Below are positions 21,743 to 30,827 of a DNA stretch of 64,000 bases, piece by piece. How positions within the stretch are numbered: the first letter of the stretch is position 1; each line of letters opens with the position of its first letter. Location of the stretch: contig JAZLGO010000029.1 in NCBI GenBank assembly GCA_045616305.1, positions 50-64,049 on the forward strand. Direction: 5' to 3'. A program made the position numbers and the translations under genes. The notes beneath the pieces were generated by a model. The model had not been told where the DNA came from. It did not search any database and saw only the letters and a program-made list of their open reading frames with translations. This DNA is from Saccharofermentans sp. (GTDB lineage Bacteria; Bacillota; Clostridia; Saccharofermentanales; Saccharofermentanaceae).

Positions 21743-22657
21743 ATGAAGAAAGCATTGATTATTGGAATTTACGGCTTTGCAGGCTCATATCTTCGTCAGG
21801 AACTTGAACAGTATTATGATTGTTACGGTGTTGACGTTATGTCGCGTGATGATAAAGTTGAAGCTCTGGATATGACTGATTATGCTCAGGCTGAAGCTGT
21901 TATAGAAAGAATAAAGCCGGATTTGATTTTTAATCTTGCCGGACAAGCTTCACCGATGATTTCATGGGAAAGGATAAACTTTACCATGGAATTGAATGTT
22001 AATCTATCCGTTAATATCCTTGAGGCTTGCAGAAAGCATTGTCCTGAAGCACGAATTCTTCTTATAGGTTCTGCCAATCAGTATGATTTAAGTCAGTCTT
22101 CTCAGCCGCTTGTCAATGAGTTCACACCGCTGGTGAATAATTCGCCTTATGCTGTTTCTAAGAATACTCAGGAAGCGTTGGTTAAGTTATACGTAAAGAA
22201 ATACAACATGGATATAATTATGACGCGTTCATTTAATCATATCGGTGTAGGTCAGAAAGTTGGTTTTGTTATTACTGATTATTGTAAGCGAATTGCAGAT
22301 CTTGAAAGAGGTGAGATTGCGACATTTTCTTATGGTAATCTGGATTCTTGGAGAGATTTTTCAGATGCAAGAGATGTAGTGAAAGCATACAGACTTCTTG
22401 CCGAACGAGGTGTGTCAGGTGAGATATATAATGTCGGTTCCGGTAAGAGCAGTTATATAAGAGATTTAATTGGATATCTTGTATCAAAGAGTGAGAAGGC
22501 TTCGGCTTTGACTGTTCTACCTGCACGTTTGGATGATGATGCGTTAGTACATTATGCGGCAGACATTTCAAAACTTAAGAAAGATACAGGATTTGAACCG
22601 TCATACGATTTGTATGTTACGTTGGATGAGATTCTTGAAAGTTTTCGTAAGGTTTGA
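21743..22657 (+). CDS. NAD(P)-dependent SDR epimerase/reductase, GDP-4-keto-6-deoxymannose reductase (Rmd)-like
   Basis: GxxGFAG, NLAGQA...SW, SPYAVSK, RSFNHIG, GNLDSWRDFSD; directly after gmd. Confidence 0.75.
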   Translation: MKKALIIGIYGFAGSYLRQELEQYYDCYGVDVMSRDDKVEALDMTDYAQAEAVIERIKPDLIFNLAGQASPMISWERINFTMELNVNLSVNILEACRKHCPEARILLIGSANQYDLSQSSQPLVNEFTPLVNNSPYAVSKNTQEALVKLYVKKYNMDIIMTRSFNHIGVGQKVGFVITDYCKRIADLERGEIATFSYGNLDSWRDFSDARDVVKAYRLLAERGVSGEIYNVGSGKSSYIRDLIGYLVSKSEKASALTVLPARLDDDALVHYAADISKLKKDTGFEPSYDLYVTLDEILESFRKV

Positions 22658-22700
22658 TTCTGAAAACGATATATATCAATAATTTATTTGGAGACTAGAA

Positions 22701-23675
22701 ATGAAAGATTCAGTAGTTAATTTTTTTAAGAGATATGACGAGATTGAGAAACTTGTTCTTGATCAACAGATGGATTTTTTTCAGGATAAACTTCAGGAGT
22801 TTGAAGGTGATGACAAGACTTATGAGGAATTTGTTCTTGATCAGGTTTTGGCAAAAGCCAGAGAACAGATGTTGAGCATGGAGGAAGCTTCAGCGGATGA
22901 GTTTGACGGAAAGTCTTTAAAGCAGTATCTGGCGGGGATATCTCTTGCTGAACTTATAGAAATCCAGGATTATTGTGCAGCTGAACTTGATTCGGAGGTT
23001 CCGTTTTCTGTTATAGATGCTGTGGCAGCATATGCTGATAAAAATGAAGTAATACGTACGGCTACTGCAGCTATACAAAATACGTCATGGACCGAAGAAG
23101 AATTGGCTTCCACAGAAGACGGGGAAGATAAGCTTTTCGAGTTGGAATTTAATAAGGTAAAGGCATGGTTTGATGTTCTTATTAAAATCGGTTATTCGGA
23201 TTTAATGGAAAGTGTAATAGACAGATTTATGAGCTATGAATTAACCCGCGAATTTGTTGCGGAAGCTGTGTCCAAGTATGTTGAGGCATTTTCGGATGTG
23301 TCAATTCCGATGATTATCAGCAGACTTGATGCAAATAAGGATGAAGGAATCAAAGGCCCTTGTGAGGATTTGGTAATGATGCTTGCCGCTATAGGAAGAG
23401 AAGTTAAGAATGATGATATTTATATGGCATTAAAGTCGGCTTTTCGATATATGGAGAATAAAATATATGCCGTAATATGTCTTGGTGAATATGGTGACGG
23501 AAGAGCTGTTCCTATGCTTAAAGGGTATGTTAACCGCCATCAGGATACAATCGAGAGAGATGTATTCTATGAGATACTGTCCGCTGTTCAAAAACTCGGG
23601 GGAGATATATCGGATATTCAGGATCCTTTCCGTGATTTTGATAAAAACGGTAATCTATTGAATAATGAAGATTGA
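22701..23675 (+). CDS. Acidic helical (HEAT-repeat-like) hypothetical protein
   Basis: RBS GGAG; C-terminal CLGEYGDGRAVPMLK HEAT-like motif. Confidence 0.55.
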   Translation: MKDSVVNFFKRYDEIEKLVLDQQMDFFQDKLQEFEGDDKTYEEFVLDQVLAKAREQMLSMEEASADEFDGKSLKQYLAGISLAELIEIQDYCAAELDSEVPFSVIDAVAAYADKNEVIRTATAAIQNTSWTEEELASTEDGEDKLFELEFNKVKAWFDVLIKIGYSDLMESVIDRFMSYELTREFVAEAVSKYVEAFSDVSIPMIISRLDANKDEGIKGPCEDLVMMLAAIGREVKNDDIYMALKSAFRYMENKIYAVICLGEYGDGRAVPMLKGYVNRHQDTIERDVFYEILSAVQKLGGDISDIQDPFRDFDKNGNLLNNED

Positions 23676-23693
23676 TTCTTTTACGGAGATGTT

Positions 23694-24785
23694 ATGATGC
23701 TTCAGGTTTACAGAGATCAGGCTTGTATAGATTTATTAAGCAAATTGGAAGATCTTGCCTTTGAAGACAAGTTTTTATTCGGACAGCAGAATGCTGCTCA
23801 TATAGGTGTAGGAATCAATGCCAAGGACGGAACTGAATCCGACGTCAAAAATCTTACAGGCAGACATCCGGCAATCGTCGGAATAGATACGCTCAGTTTT
23901 TACGGTTATGAAGGTAATTTTGACAGCAGCGTCAAAGTTGTTAAGCAACTTAATAAAGAAGGAGTTATTATTACACTGTCTTCGCATATGCCAAATTTCT
24001 CGTTGGGCGGCGAGGATTTCTTTGATTATTCTCCTAATATTACAGACGGCCATGTGGCTGCCAGAATTCTTCCGGGCGGAGATTTAAATACCAAATTTTT
24101 GCGTTTCTTGGATAAAATAGCGGATTTTGCCGAAGCTTGTATTGATGTAGGCGGAAACAGAATACCAATGATTTTCAGGCCGTTTCATGAGTGTAACGGT
24201 TCTTGGTTTTGGTGGGGCAAGGATTATATTACTGATGATAAATTTGTATCTTTGTTCAGATATACTGTTGATTATCTTACTGAGAACAGAGGCATTCGTA
24301 ATTTCCTTTATGCATATTCTCCTAACGGACCAATTGCATCCGGTGATGAATATATGAGTCGTTATCCGGGAGACGATTATATCGATATTATGGGAATGGA
24401 TATGTATAATGACCGACCTAATCCGGATGATGATTTTTGGAAAAGGTTTACAGCATCTTTGAGAATCGTTGCCGATTGTGCTCGCGAACGCGGAAAACAA
24501 TTTGCAGTTACTGAGACAGGACTGCGTACATTGGATTCAGCTAATGACGGAAAGTACTATGAAGGAATAGCTCCTTCGGAAAACAATGTAAAAGATTGGT
24601 ACACAAGATTGCTTAAAGCTGTTTTGTCAGACAGAAGTCTTAAAGGCGTCACATATGTACTGACTTGGGCTAATTTCTCTGAGACTCAGTTTTGGGTCCC
24701 TTATAAGAAAGATGGGTTTGAACATGAGATGGTTCCTGATTTTACAGAATTTGTTAATTCGGGATATGTTCTTCTTGCTCCGTAA
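23694..24785 (+). CDS. GH26 beta-mannanase
   Basis: RPFHECNGSWFWWG (acid/base Glu), YPGDDYIDIMGMDMY, AVTETG (nucleophile), LTWAN. Confidence 0.9.
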   Translation: MMLQVYRDQACIDLLSKLEDLAFEDKFLFGQQNAAHIGVGINAKDGTESDVKNLTGRHPAIVGIDTLSFYGYEGNFDSSVKVVKQLNKEGVIITLSSHMPNFSLGGEDFFDYSPNITDGHVAARILPGGDLNTKFLRFLDKIADFAEACIDVGGNRIPMIFRPFHECNGSWFWWGKDYITDDKFVSLFRYTVDYLTENRGIRNFLYAYSPNGPIASGDEYMSRYPGDDYIDIMGMDMYNDRPNPDDDFWKRFTASLRIVADCARERGKQFAVTETGLRTLDSANDGKYYEGIAPSENNVKDWYTRLLKAVLSDRSLKGVTYVLTWANFSETQFWVPYKKDGFEHEMVPDFTEFVNSGYVLLAP

Positions 24786-24822
24786 CCGGAATTACGGATA
24801 TAACCTATGATTTTGTATGCTA

Positions 24823-25092
24823 AGGGGCTGTCTCAAAAGTGATTAATTCACAGAGAGGCAGGCCCCGTTTATTATGGCTTTATATATTCAAGCCAGAGAC
24901 AACAAAAATCGCTGAAAAACCGGTCAGGTCAGGCGTCGCCAAAATCACCCTAAAACGTCGCTGCAGGCGACAAAAATCATCTGTTTCAGCGAAAACCCCG
25001 TTTTCATTCACTGTAAAGTGAGTCAAATGACCATTTTCAGTGAATGAGGACGCTAATCAGCCCGGAATCACTGAAAACCCTGTTTTGAGCCC
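24823..25092. repeat. GC-richer intergenic cluster of inverted and direct repeats (REP/BIME-like)
   Basis: TCRCTGWAA arms in alternating orientation at 24909(+), 24984(-), 25008(+), 25035(-), 25068(+); perfect 10-bp IR TCATTCACTG/CAGTGAATGA (25004-25047); leading GGGGCTGTCTC hairpin. Confidence 0.65.
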
Positions 25093-25219
25093 CCACCTCC
25101 CTCTTTTTTTTCTTTGTCGTTTTTGTCGTATAATTGTCGGAAAAACGTAGGTTTTTTATGCTTTCGATTTTGGTAGAATCTAGTTACAAGCTTGTAGAAA
25201 AAATAATAAGGAGAAAGTT

Positions 25220-25693
25220 ATGGCAGAAGAAAACTTACAGACAGATTTAAGAGATGATACCGTTACTATGGCTGAGACAGCACAACAGCAGACAAAGAAG
25301 GATGACAAAAACATTAGTAAAGAAAAAGTTGATTTACATTCTTTGTCTTCGGAAAATGCCGAGAAGTGCTATGTATATGCAATAAGACTTGTTGAGAAAG
25401 GCTATAATACCTTAGCCGGTGAAGTAGTAAAACAAGCTTTGGAAAATGCGTATGCATCATCGTGTGTAGCAGGTGCAATATCAAGAGAAGGCTTTTCAAT
25501 TAATCTTGAAAAAGGATATTATTCAACTTGTAAATTATATGAATTGTTTAATATGATTGCTGCTATGGGTATTAAGCAGGATAAACATGATGAAATAGCC
25601 GATTCTATTTGGCGAATGCATAAAATGTATGCTGCATCAATAAGGACTGTTCAAAAGAAAACAATAGTTCCTCAAAACGGACGCGGCTTCTAA
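25220..25693 (+). CDS. Hypothetical protein (157 aa)
   Basis: Strong RBS AAGGAG, own terminator; no recognised motif. Confidence 0.7.
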   Translation: MAEENLQTDLRDDTVTMAETAQQQTKKDDKNISKEKVDLHSLSSENAEKCYVYAIRLVEKGYNTLAGEVVKQALENAYASSCVAGAISREGFSINLEKGYYSTCKLYELFNMIAAMGIKQDKHDEIADSIWRMHKMYAASIRTVQKKTIVPQNGRGF

Positions 25694-25729
25694 GCGCAAA
25701 TATTATTCCCCACCCCTTATATACTGTTG

Positions 25730-25770
25730 AGAAACAGACTGTTTTTTGATAACGGTCTGTTTCTTTTTTT
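25730..25770 (+). terminator. Rho-independent terminator
   Basis: AGAAACAGACTGTT...AACGGTCTGTTTCT plus T-run. Confidence 0.8.
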
Positions 25771-25808
25771 GCTATAATCTATTTATATGACAATGTATGA
25801 GGTGAATT

Positions 25809-26987
25809 ATGGCTAACAAAGAATATTCAAAGGAAAAGTTGTTATTGTTATATGATATTTTTCGCAATGAGATGAAGCCTAACAGTGCTGATCCTCAAAT
25901 AAATATGGATTATCTTAAGAAGCGAATTGCCGATTTTATGTTGAACGTTGCGGATGATATTGATGATCCTAAAGTGCTTAATACCGATCGTAAAACTATG
26001 TATAAGTTTTTTGATGCAATCAATAACTATGCTCACATTACAGGAATGTTTGAAGAGGATGAATTTTTTAATGTAGATGACAATGATGAGAATCAGTATG
26101 GCTCTTGGATAAAAAAATATCATAAGAAGTTTTATGTGCGCGGACCGCTTAAGGAGGAACTTACAGAGACAGAATATGAGGCTATATCTGATGCTATAAG
26201 CTCAAGTGCAATTGTAAGTGAGGAAGCCTTCAGCCATTTTAAGGGAATGTGTCCTAAGTCATTAAGAAAGTATTCGCAAAATGCAGTGTATTTTCGTAAA
26301 AATTTTTCTGACGAAGAATTCAGTAATAATATTTCACTTATTAAGCAGGCAATAAACGAGAAGAAAGTTATCAGCTTTGGTTATGGTTACAGAATCGGTT
26401 CTTCCTACAAGAAATCAAACAATAAACTTTTTTCAGTGAGTGTAAAAACCATATGCCCTATTAAATTGGATTACAGTGACGGAAAGTATTATCTTTATGC
26501 CATAAATTCGGATTTACAGATTCGTAGTTACAGATGTGACAGAATCGAGAATTTAAAAATAGAGAATAATCTTGAGTATTACGATATTAAAGATATTGAT
26601 AAAGTTTTATATGAGAAAATAGAAGGTGCGGTAAATCAGTTTGCAACGGGAAAAGAGAAGAATTTTAAATTAACAATAAGCAGTAATAATCCTAAGGTTG
26701 CAGCACAGGCCTTTCAAAGTTTTGCGGATGAAGTTACTGTTAAAAGTATGATAAATGATGAGACGAAGTGGGAACAGGGCAAGATTGAATTCTTATGCTA
26801 TGTTCAGTTATCTCCGGCTTTCTATATGAGACTTTTTAATCTGGTGACATTTGATATTGGCTTTGATAATGCCGATGAGATTATTTTGGAAGCAACAATC
26901 GATCCCAAAGTCGGTGACGGGGCCGAAGTTATTGAGGGGTTCAGCAAGTATTGTGAGAAACTGAATAATTTCCTTAAAAAAGATTAG
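25809..26987 (+). CDS. WYL-domain transcriptional regulator (wHTH-WYL-WCX)
   Basis: N-terminal KLLLLYDIF...DRKTMYK wHTH-like region; IKQAINEKKVISFGY, ICPIKL.YSDGKYYLYA and IRSYRCDRIENL WYL motifs. Confidence 0.82.
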   Translation: MANKEYSKEKLLLLYDIFRNEMKPNSADPQINMDYLKKRIADFMLNVADDIDDPKVLNTDRKTMYKFFDAINNYAHITGMFEEDEFFNVDDNDENQYGSWIKKYHKKFYVRGPLKEELTETEYEAISDAISSSAIVSEEAFSHFKGMCPKSLRKYSQNAVYFRKNFSDEEFSNNISLIKQAINEKKVISFGYGYRIGSSYKKSNNKLFSVSVKTICPIKLDYSDGKYYLYAINSDLQIRSYRCDRIENLKIENNLEYYDIKDIDKVLYEKIEGAVNQFATGKEKNFKLTISSNNPKVAAQAFQSFADEVTVKSMINDETKWEQGKIEFLCYVQLSPAFYMRLFNLVTFDIGFDNADEIILEATIDPKVGDGAEVIEGFSKYCEKLNNFLKKD

Positions 26988-27006
26988 TCTGTTGTAGTAT
27001 AGCTGA

Positions 27007-27035
27007 TTGAAAAAACAACGTATTCTGTTTATAAT
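27007..27035 (+). promoter_or_regulatory. sigma-A promoter of alaS
   Basis: TTGAAA-17-TATAAT. Confidence 0.65.
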
Positions 27036-27065
27036 AGTTTAGTTATTTAGCAAAAAGGAGCAGCT

Positions 27066-29744
27066 TTGTTTATGGAGCCTTTAGGTCTTAATGAAATTAG
27101 AGAGAGATACTTAAACTTTTTTGAATCAAAGGGCCATTTGCGTTTACCTTCATTTTCCTTGGTACCGCAGAATGATCCGTCTATTCTGTTGATTAATGCG
27201 GGTATGACACCGCTTAAACCATATTTTACAGGAGCAGAGACACCACCGAGACTTCGTGTTACAACTTGTCAGAAGTGTATAAGAACTCCTGATATTGAGA
27301 ATGTAGGTCACACGGCTCGTCACGGTACTTATTTTGAGATGCTCGGTAATTTTTCATTCGGTGATTACTTCAAAAAAGAGGTAATACCTTGGGCTTGGGA
27401 ATTCCTTACAGAAGTACTTGAGATGCCTGAAGATAAGCTTTATCCTTCGGTTTACGTAGAGGATGATGAAGCTTTCGATATCTGGAATAAAACTGTCGGT
27501 GTTCCGGCAGAAAGAATAACCAGACTCGGAAAAGAAGATAATTTCTGGGAGCATGGAACAGGTCCTTGCGGTCCTTGTTCAGAGATATATTTTGATCGCG
27601 GAATTGAGAAAGGCTGCGGTAAGCCTGATTGTCGTCCGGGGTGTGAGTGTGACAGATTTGTTGAGATTTGGAACCTCGTATTTACTCAGTTTAATCGTGA
27701 AGAGGATGGTTCATACACACCTCTTGCCAAGAAAAATATTGATACAGGCGGAGGACTTGAGAGATTTGCCTGCGTAATGCAAGGTGTTGATAATCTGTTT
27801 GAGGTTGATACCGTAAGAAGAATTCTTGATACTGTTTGTGATAAAGCTAACGTAAAGTATGGTGAGAATAAACAAAATGATGTTGCAATCCGTGTTATTA
27901 CAGACCACATGAGATCTTCAACAATGATGATTTCTGATGGCGTTTTGCCTTCAAACGAGGGACGCGGTTATGTACTCAGAAGACTTATGAGAAGAGCTGC
28001 AAGATTCGGCAAGCTTCTTGGTATTAAGGGTAAATTTCTCACTGATATAGCTGAAGTTGTTATCGAGCAGAACAAAGATGCTTATCCTGAACTTCCTTCT
28101 AAGCAGTCTTACATTATGACTGTTATCAGCAAGGAAGAGGAGGCATTCTTAAGAACAGTAGAAGCAGGTACGGAGATTCTTAATCAGATGATTGCCGATG
28201 CTAAGACAGGTAATAAGTCATGCCTTACGGGTGAGGAAGCTTTCAAGCTTCACGATACATATGGTTTCCCTCTTGATCTTACAAAGGAGATTGCTCAGGA
28301 TAACGGGCTTTCAGTTGATGAGGAAGGCTTTAAGGCTTGCATGAAGGAACAAAAGGAACGTGCACGTAAAGCTACAAAAGAAAATGTAAGTAATACTGCA
28401 TGGGGTGGAAATGAACTCCCGCAGGAGTTGCTTAAGGATACATCTTCAACAGTATTTACGGGTTATGATAACCTCGCACAAGAGGCTAAACTTATTTATC
28501 TCCTTAAGGCTGATGAGGAAGGTGCTCTTCAGATGGTTGAGGAAGCCTTTGCCGGTGATACTGTTATTGCTATTTTTGATAAGACATGTCTTTATGCAAC
28601 AATGGGTGGTCAGTGTAATGATGCCGGTAAGGTTTATTCTGACAGCTTTAAGGCCGATGTAGCAGCAGTAAATAAGGATGCAGCCGGAAAATATCTGCAC
28701 ACATTGAAGATTACAGATGGTACTATAAAAGCTTCTGTAAATGTTAGTCTCGAGACAGATAAAGCAGTAAGACTTTCAACTGCTCGTAACCATACATCAA
28801 CACATATTCTCCAGAAGGCTTTGAGAACTGTTCTCGGTGATCATGTTGAACAATCAGGTTCATTTGTATCTGCTGACAGACTCAGATTCGACTTTACTCA
28901 TTTCCAGGCTATGTCTGCTGCCGAAATAGAGACGGTAGAACGTATAGTAAATGAAGTAATACTTGAGGATATGCCTGTTATCACACGCGTTATGAATATA
29001 AATGAGGCACGTAAGCTTGGTGCTATGGCTCTGTTCGGAGAGAAATACGGTGAGGAAGTCAGAGTTGTAACAGTCGGTGATATTGATAATCCTTATTCAA
29101 TGGAGTTCTGCGGCGGTACTCATTTGTCTCACAGCGGTCAGGCAGGACAGTTCAGAATTGTATCTGAGTCCGGTGTTGCTTCCGGTATAAGAAGAATTGA
29201 GGCTGTAACAGGTATGGCTTGCTACGAGATGAGCAAAGCAGACAGAGGTCTTATTGATTCTGTTGCAGATACATTGAAAGTAAATAAAAATATGATTCTT
29301 TCTAAGGCCGAGGCTCTTACAAGTGATGTTAAGGCTCTCGAGAAGGAAATCAAGGAAATGAAGAAGGCACAAAGCGGTGACAGTGCTTCTGAAGCAATTA
29401 AGGCTGCCAAGGAATTCGGAGGATTTAAGGTTGTTGCTGCTTCAGTAGATTGCGATGATGCTGCTGCTCTTCGTGATATGGCTGATTCAATCAAGGATAA
29501 AATACAAAGCGGTGTTGTATTCCTTGCAGGTAACAGCGGTGAGAAGGTTTTGTTTGTAGCTATGGCTACACCTGATGCCGTAAAAGCCGGAATTCATGCA
29601 GGAAATATTATCAAGGAAGCAGCTAAGGTTTGCGGCGGCGGCGGCGGCGGACGCCCGGATATGGCACAGGCCGGCGGTAAAGATGCATCTAAGATAAATG
29701 ATGCGATTGTAAAGGCTGAGGAAGTAATTGCTTCTCAGATTTGA
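27066..29744 (+). CDS. alaS: Alanine--tRNA ligase
   Basis: NAGM.PLKPYF, RHGTYFEMLGNFSFGDYFK, GPCGPCSEI, NHTSTHIL, EFCGGTH, GGGGGRPDMAQAGG. Confidence 0.98.
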   Translation: MFMEPLGLNEIRERYLNFFESKGHLRLPSFSLVPQNDPSILLINAGMTPLKPYFTGAETPPRLRVTTCQKCIRTPDIENVGHTARHGTYFEMLGNFSFGDYFKKEVIPWAWEFLTEVLEMPEDKLYPSVYVEDDEAFDIWNKTVGVPAERITRLGKEDNFWEHGTGPCGPCSEIYFDRGIEKGCGKPDCRPGCECDRFVEIWNLVFTQFNREEDGSYTPLAKKNIDTGGGLERFACVMQGVDNLFEVDTVRRILDTVCDKANVKYGENKQNDVAIRVITDHMRSSTMMISDGVLPSNEGRGYVLRRLMRRAARFGKLLGIKGKFLTDIAEVVIEQNKDAYPELPSKQSYIMTVISKEEEAFLRTVEAGTEILNQMIADAKTGNKSCLTGEEAFKLHDTYGFPLDLTKEIAQDNGLSVDEEGFKACMKEQKERARKATKENVSNTAWGGNELPQELLKDTSSTVFTGYDNLAQEAKLIYLLKADEEGALQMVEEAFAGDTVIAIFDKTCLYATMGGQCNDAGKVYSDSFKADVAAVNKDAAGKYLHTLKITDGTIKASVNVSLETDKAVRLSTARNHTSTHILQKALRTVLGDHVEQSGSFVSADRLRFDFTHFQAMSAAEIETVERIVNEVILEDMPVITRVMNINEARKLGAMALFGEKYGEEVRVVTVGDIDNPYSMEFCGGTHLSHSGQAGQFRIVSESGVASGIRRIEAVTGMACYEMSKADRGLIDSVADTLKVNKNMILSKAEALTSDVKALEKEIKEMKKAQSGDSASEAIKAAKEFGGFKVVAASVDCDDAAALRDMADSIKDKIQSGVVFLAGNSGEKVLFVAMATPDAVKAGIHAGNIIKEAAKVCGGGGGGRPDMAQAGGKDASKINDAIVKAEEVIASQI

Positions 29745-29773
29745 TTTCTGTATCGTTAAGGAGGAATGATATT

Positions 29774-30112
29774 ATGTGCATTTTTTGTGATATCTGTGAA
29801 GGTAAGATTCCTTCAAAGAAAGTATACGAAGATGATTTAGTATTAGCTTTTGATGATATTAATCCGGTAGCTCCGGTTCATACTCTTGTTGTTCCGAAGA
29901 AGCATTTTGATGACATTGTTGATTTGTCTGCTAATGATGACGGTACTTATTTAAAGGCATGTATGAATGCCGTAAGTAAGGTTTGTGAAGAGAAGAAGCT
30001 TGAGCAGGGCTTCAGAATGATTAATAATTGTCGTGAGAATGGTGGTCAAACAGTGATGCATGTGCATTTTCATGTCATCGGCGGTTTGAAGCTTTCCGAG
30101 AAAATGCTTTAA
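29774..30112 (+). CDS. HIT-family nucleotide-binding protein
   Basis: CIFC, DINPVAPVHTLVVPKKH, GQTVMHVHFHVIGG. Confidence 0.92.
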   Translation: MCIFCDICEGKIPSKKVYEDDLVLAFDDINPVAPVHTLVVPKKHFDDIVDLSANDDGTYLKACMNAVSKVCEEKKLEQGFRMINNCRENGGQTVMHVHFHVIGGLKLSEKML

Positions 30113-30120
30113 ATTAAAAA

Positions 30121-30825
30121 ATGGAAGGCTTTATCAGAATAGACAGTTTGGGTAATATTTCAGGTTTAACCGGAGAGAATTCTTTTCCGGTTGAACCTGT
30201 TTTTAATGATGAAGAAACAGAAGTTTTATATCAAAATTGTATAAAATATCTTGGCAAAAAGGGATGTAACAATGTTACAAAACCTGATTTAATCGATGAT
30301 TCGGCGTATGAGCTTATTGAAGAGGGAATAAACGAGGCAAGGGCACTATCTGACTTTAGAATGGCATATGCTGTTCTGGATTTGGAACATTTTGAGGATT
30401 TATACTTTGTACCAAATCACTCTATTGAGTTATCCGGAAATTCCTTGAAGAACCTTTTTGATAAAAACCATTCTGAATGTGTACTTATAACGGCATCGAC
30501 ATTGGGAGACGGTATAGATAAAAGGGTGGAAATATATAAAAAAAGCAATTCATCCCGAATGGTTCTTCTTAATGCTTGTTCTTCTGCATATATCGAGTAT
30601 TTAACCGATGTTTCAGAGAACTTAATTCTTAAGGATTGTAATTTAGTAAATCCGTCTTTTCGCTTTGCACCTGGATATGGTGATGTTCCGCTCAGTCGTC
30701 AAAGACAAATATTTACCATTTTCGAAAAGCAAAGTGATAAACTGAGAATAGAATTGAATGAGAATAATTTTATGTACCCGGTAAAATCAATGACCGGTAT
30801 AACGGGTTGTATGAGAGGTAAGTAA
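30121..30825 (+). CDS. Stand-alone B12-dependent methionine synthase activation-domain-like protein
   Basis: ASTLG..ID, RFAPGYGDVPL..Q and MYPVKSMTGITG motifs. Confidence 0.7.
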   Translation: MEGFIRIDSLGNISGLTGENSFPVEPVFNDEETEVLYQNCIKYLGKKGCNNVTKPDLIDDSAYELIEEGINEARALSDFRMAYAVLDLEHFEDLYFVPNHSIELSGNSLKNLFDKNHSECVLITASTLGDGIDKRVEIYKKSNSSRMVLLNACSSAYIEYLTDVSENLILKDCNLVNPSFRFAPGYGDVPLSRQRQIFTIFEKQSDKLRIELNENNFMYPVKSMTGITGCMRGK

Positions 30826-30827
30826 AA

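Noticed and set aside
24823-25095. IS or MITE with terminal inverted repeats (GGGGCTGTCTCAAAA ... TTTTGAGCCCCC)
   Set aside because: The right end matches only partly, with no evident target duplication or transposase; kept only as a repeat cluster. The 60-aa ORF 24839-25021 has no RBS or motif.
26988-27066. T-box leader for alaS
   Set aside because: The promoter is ~30 nt from the start; no room and no T-box motif.
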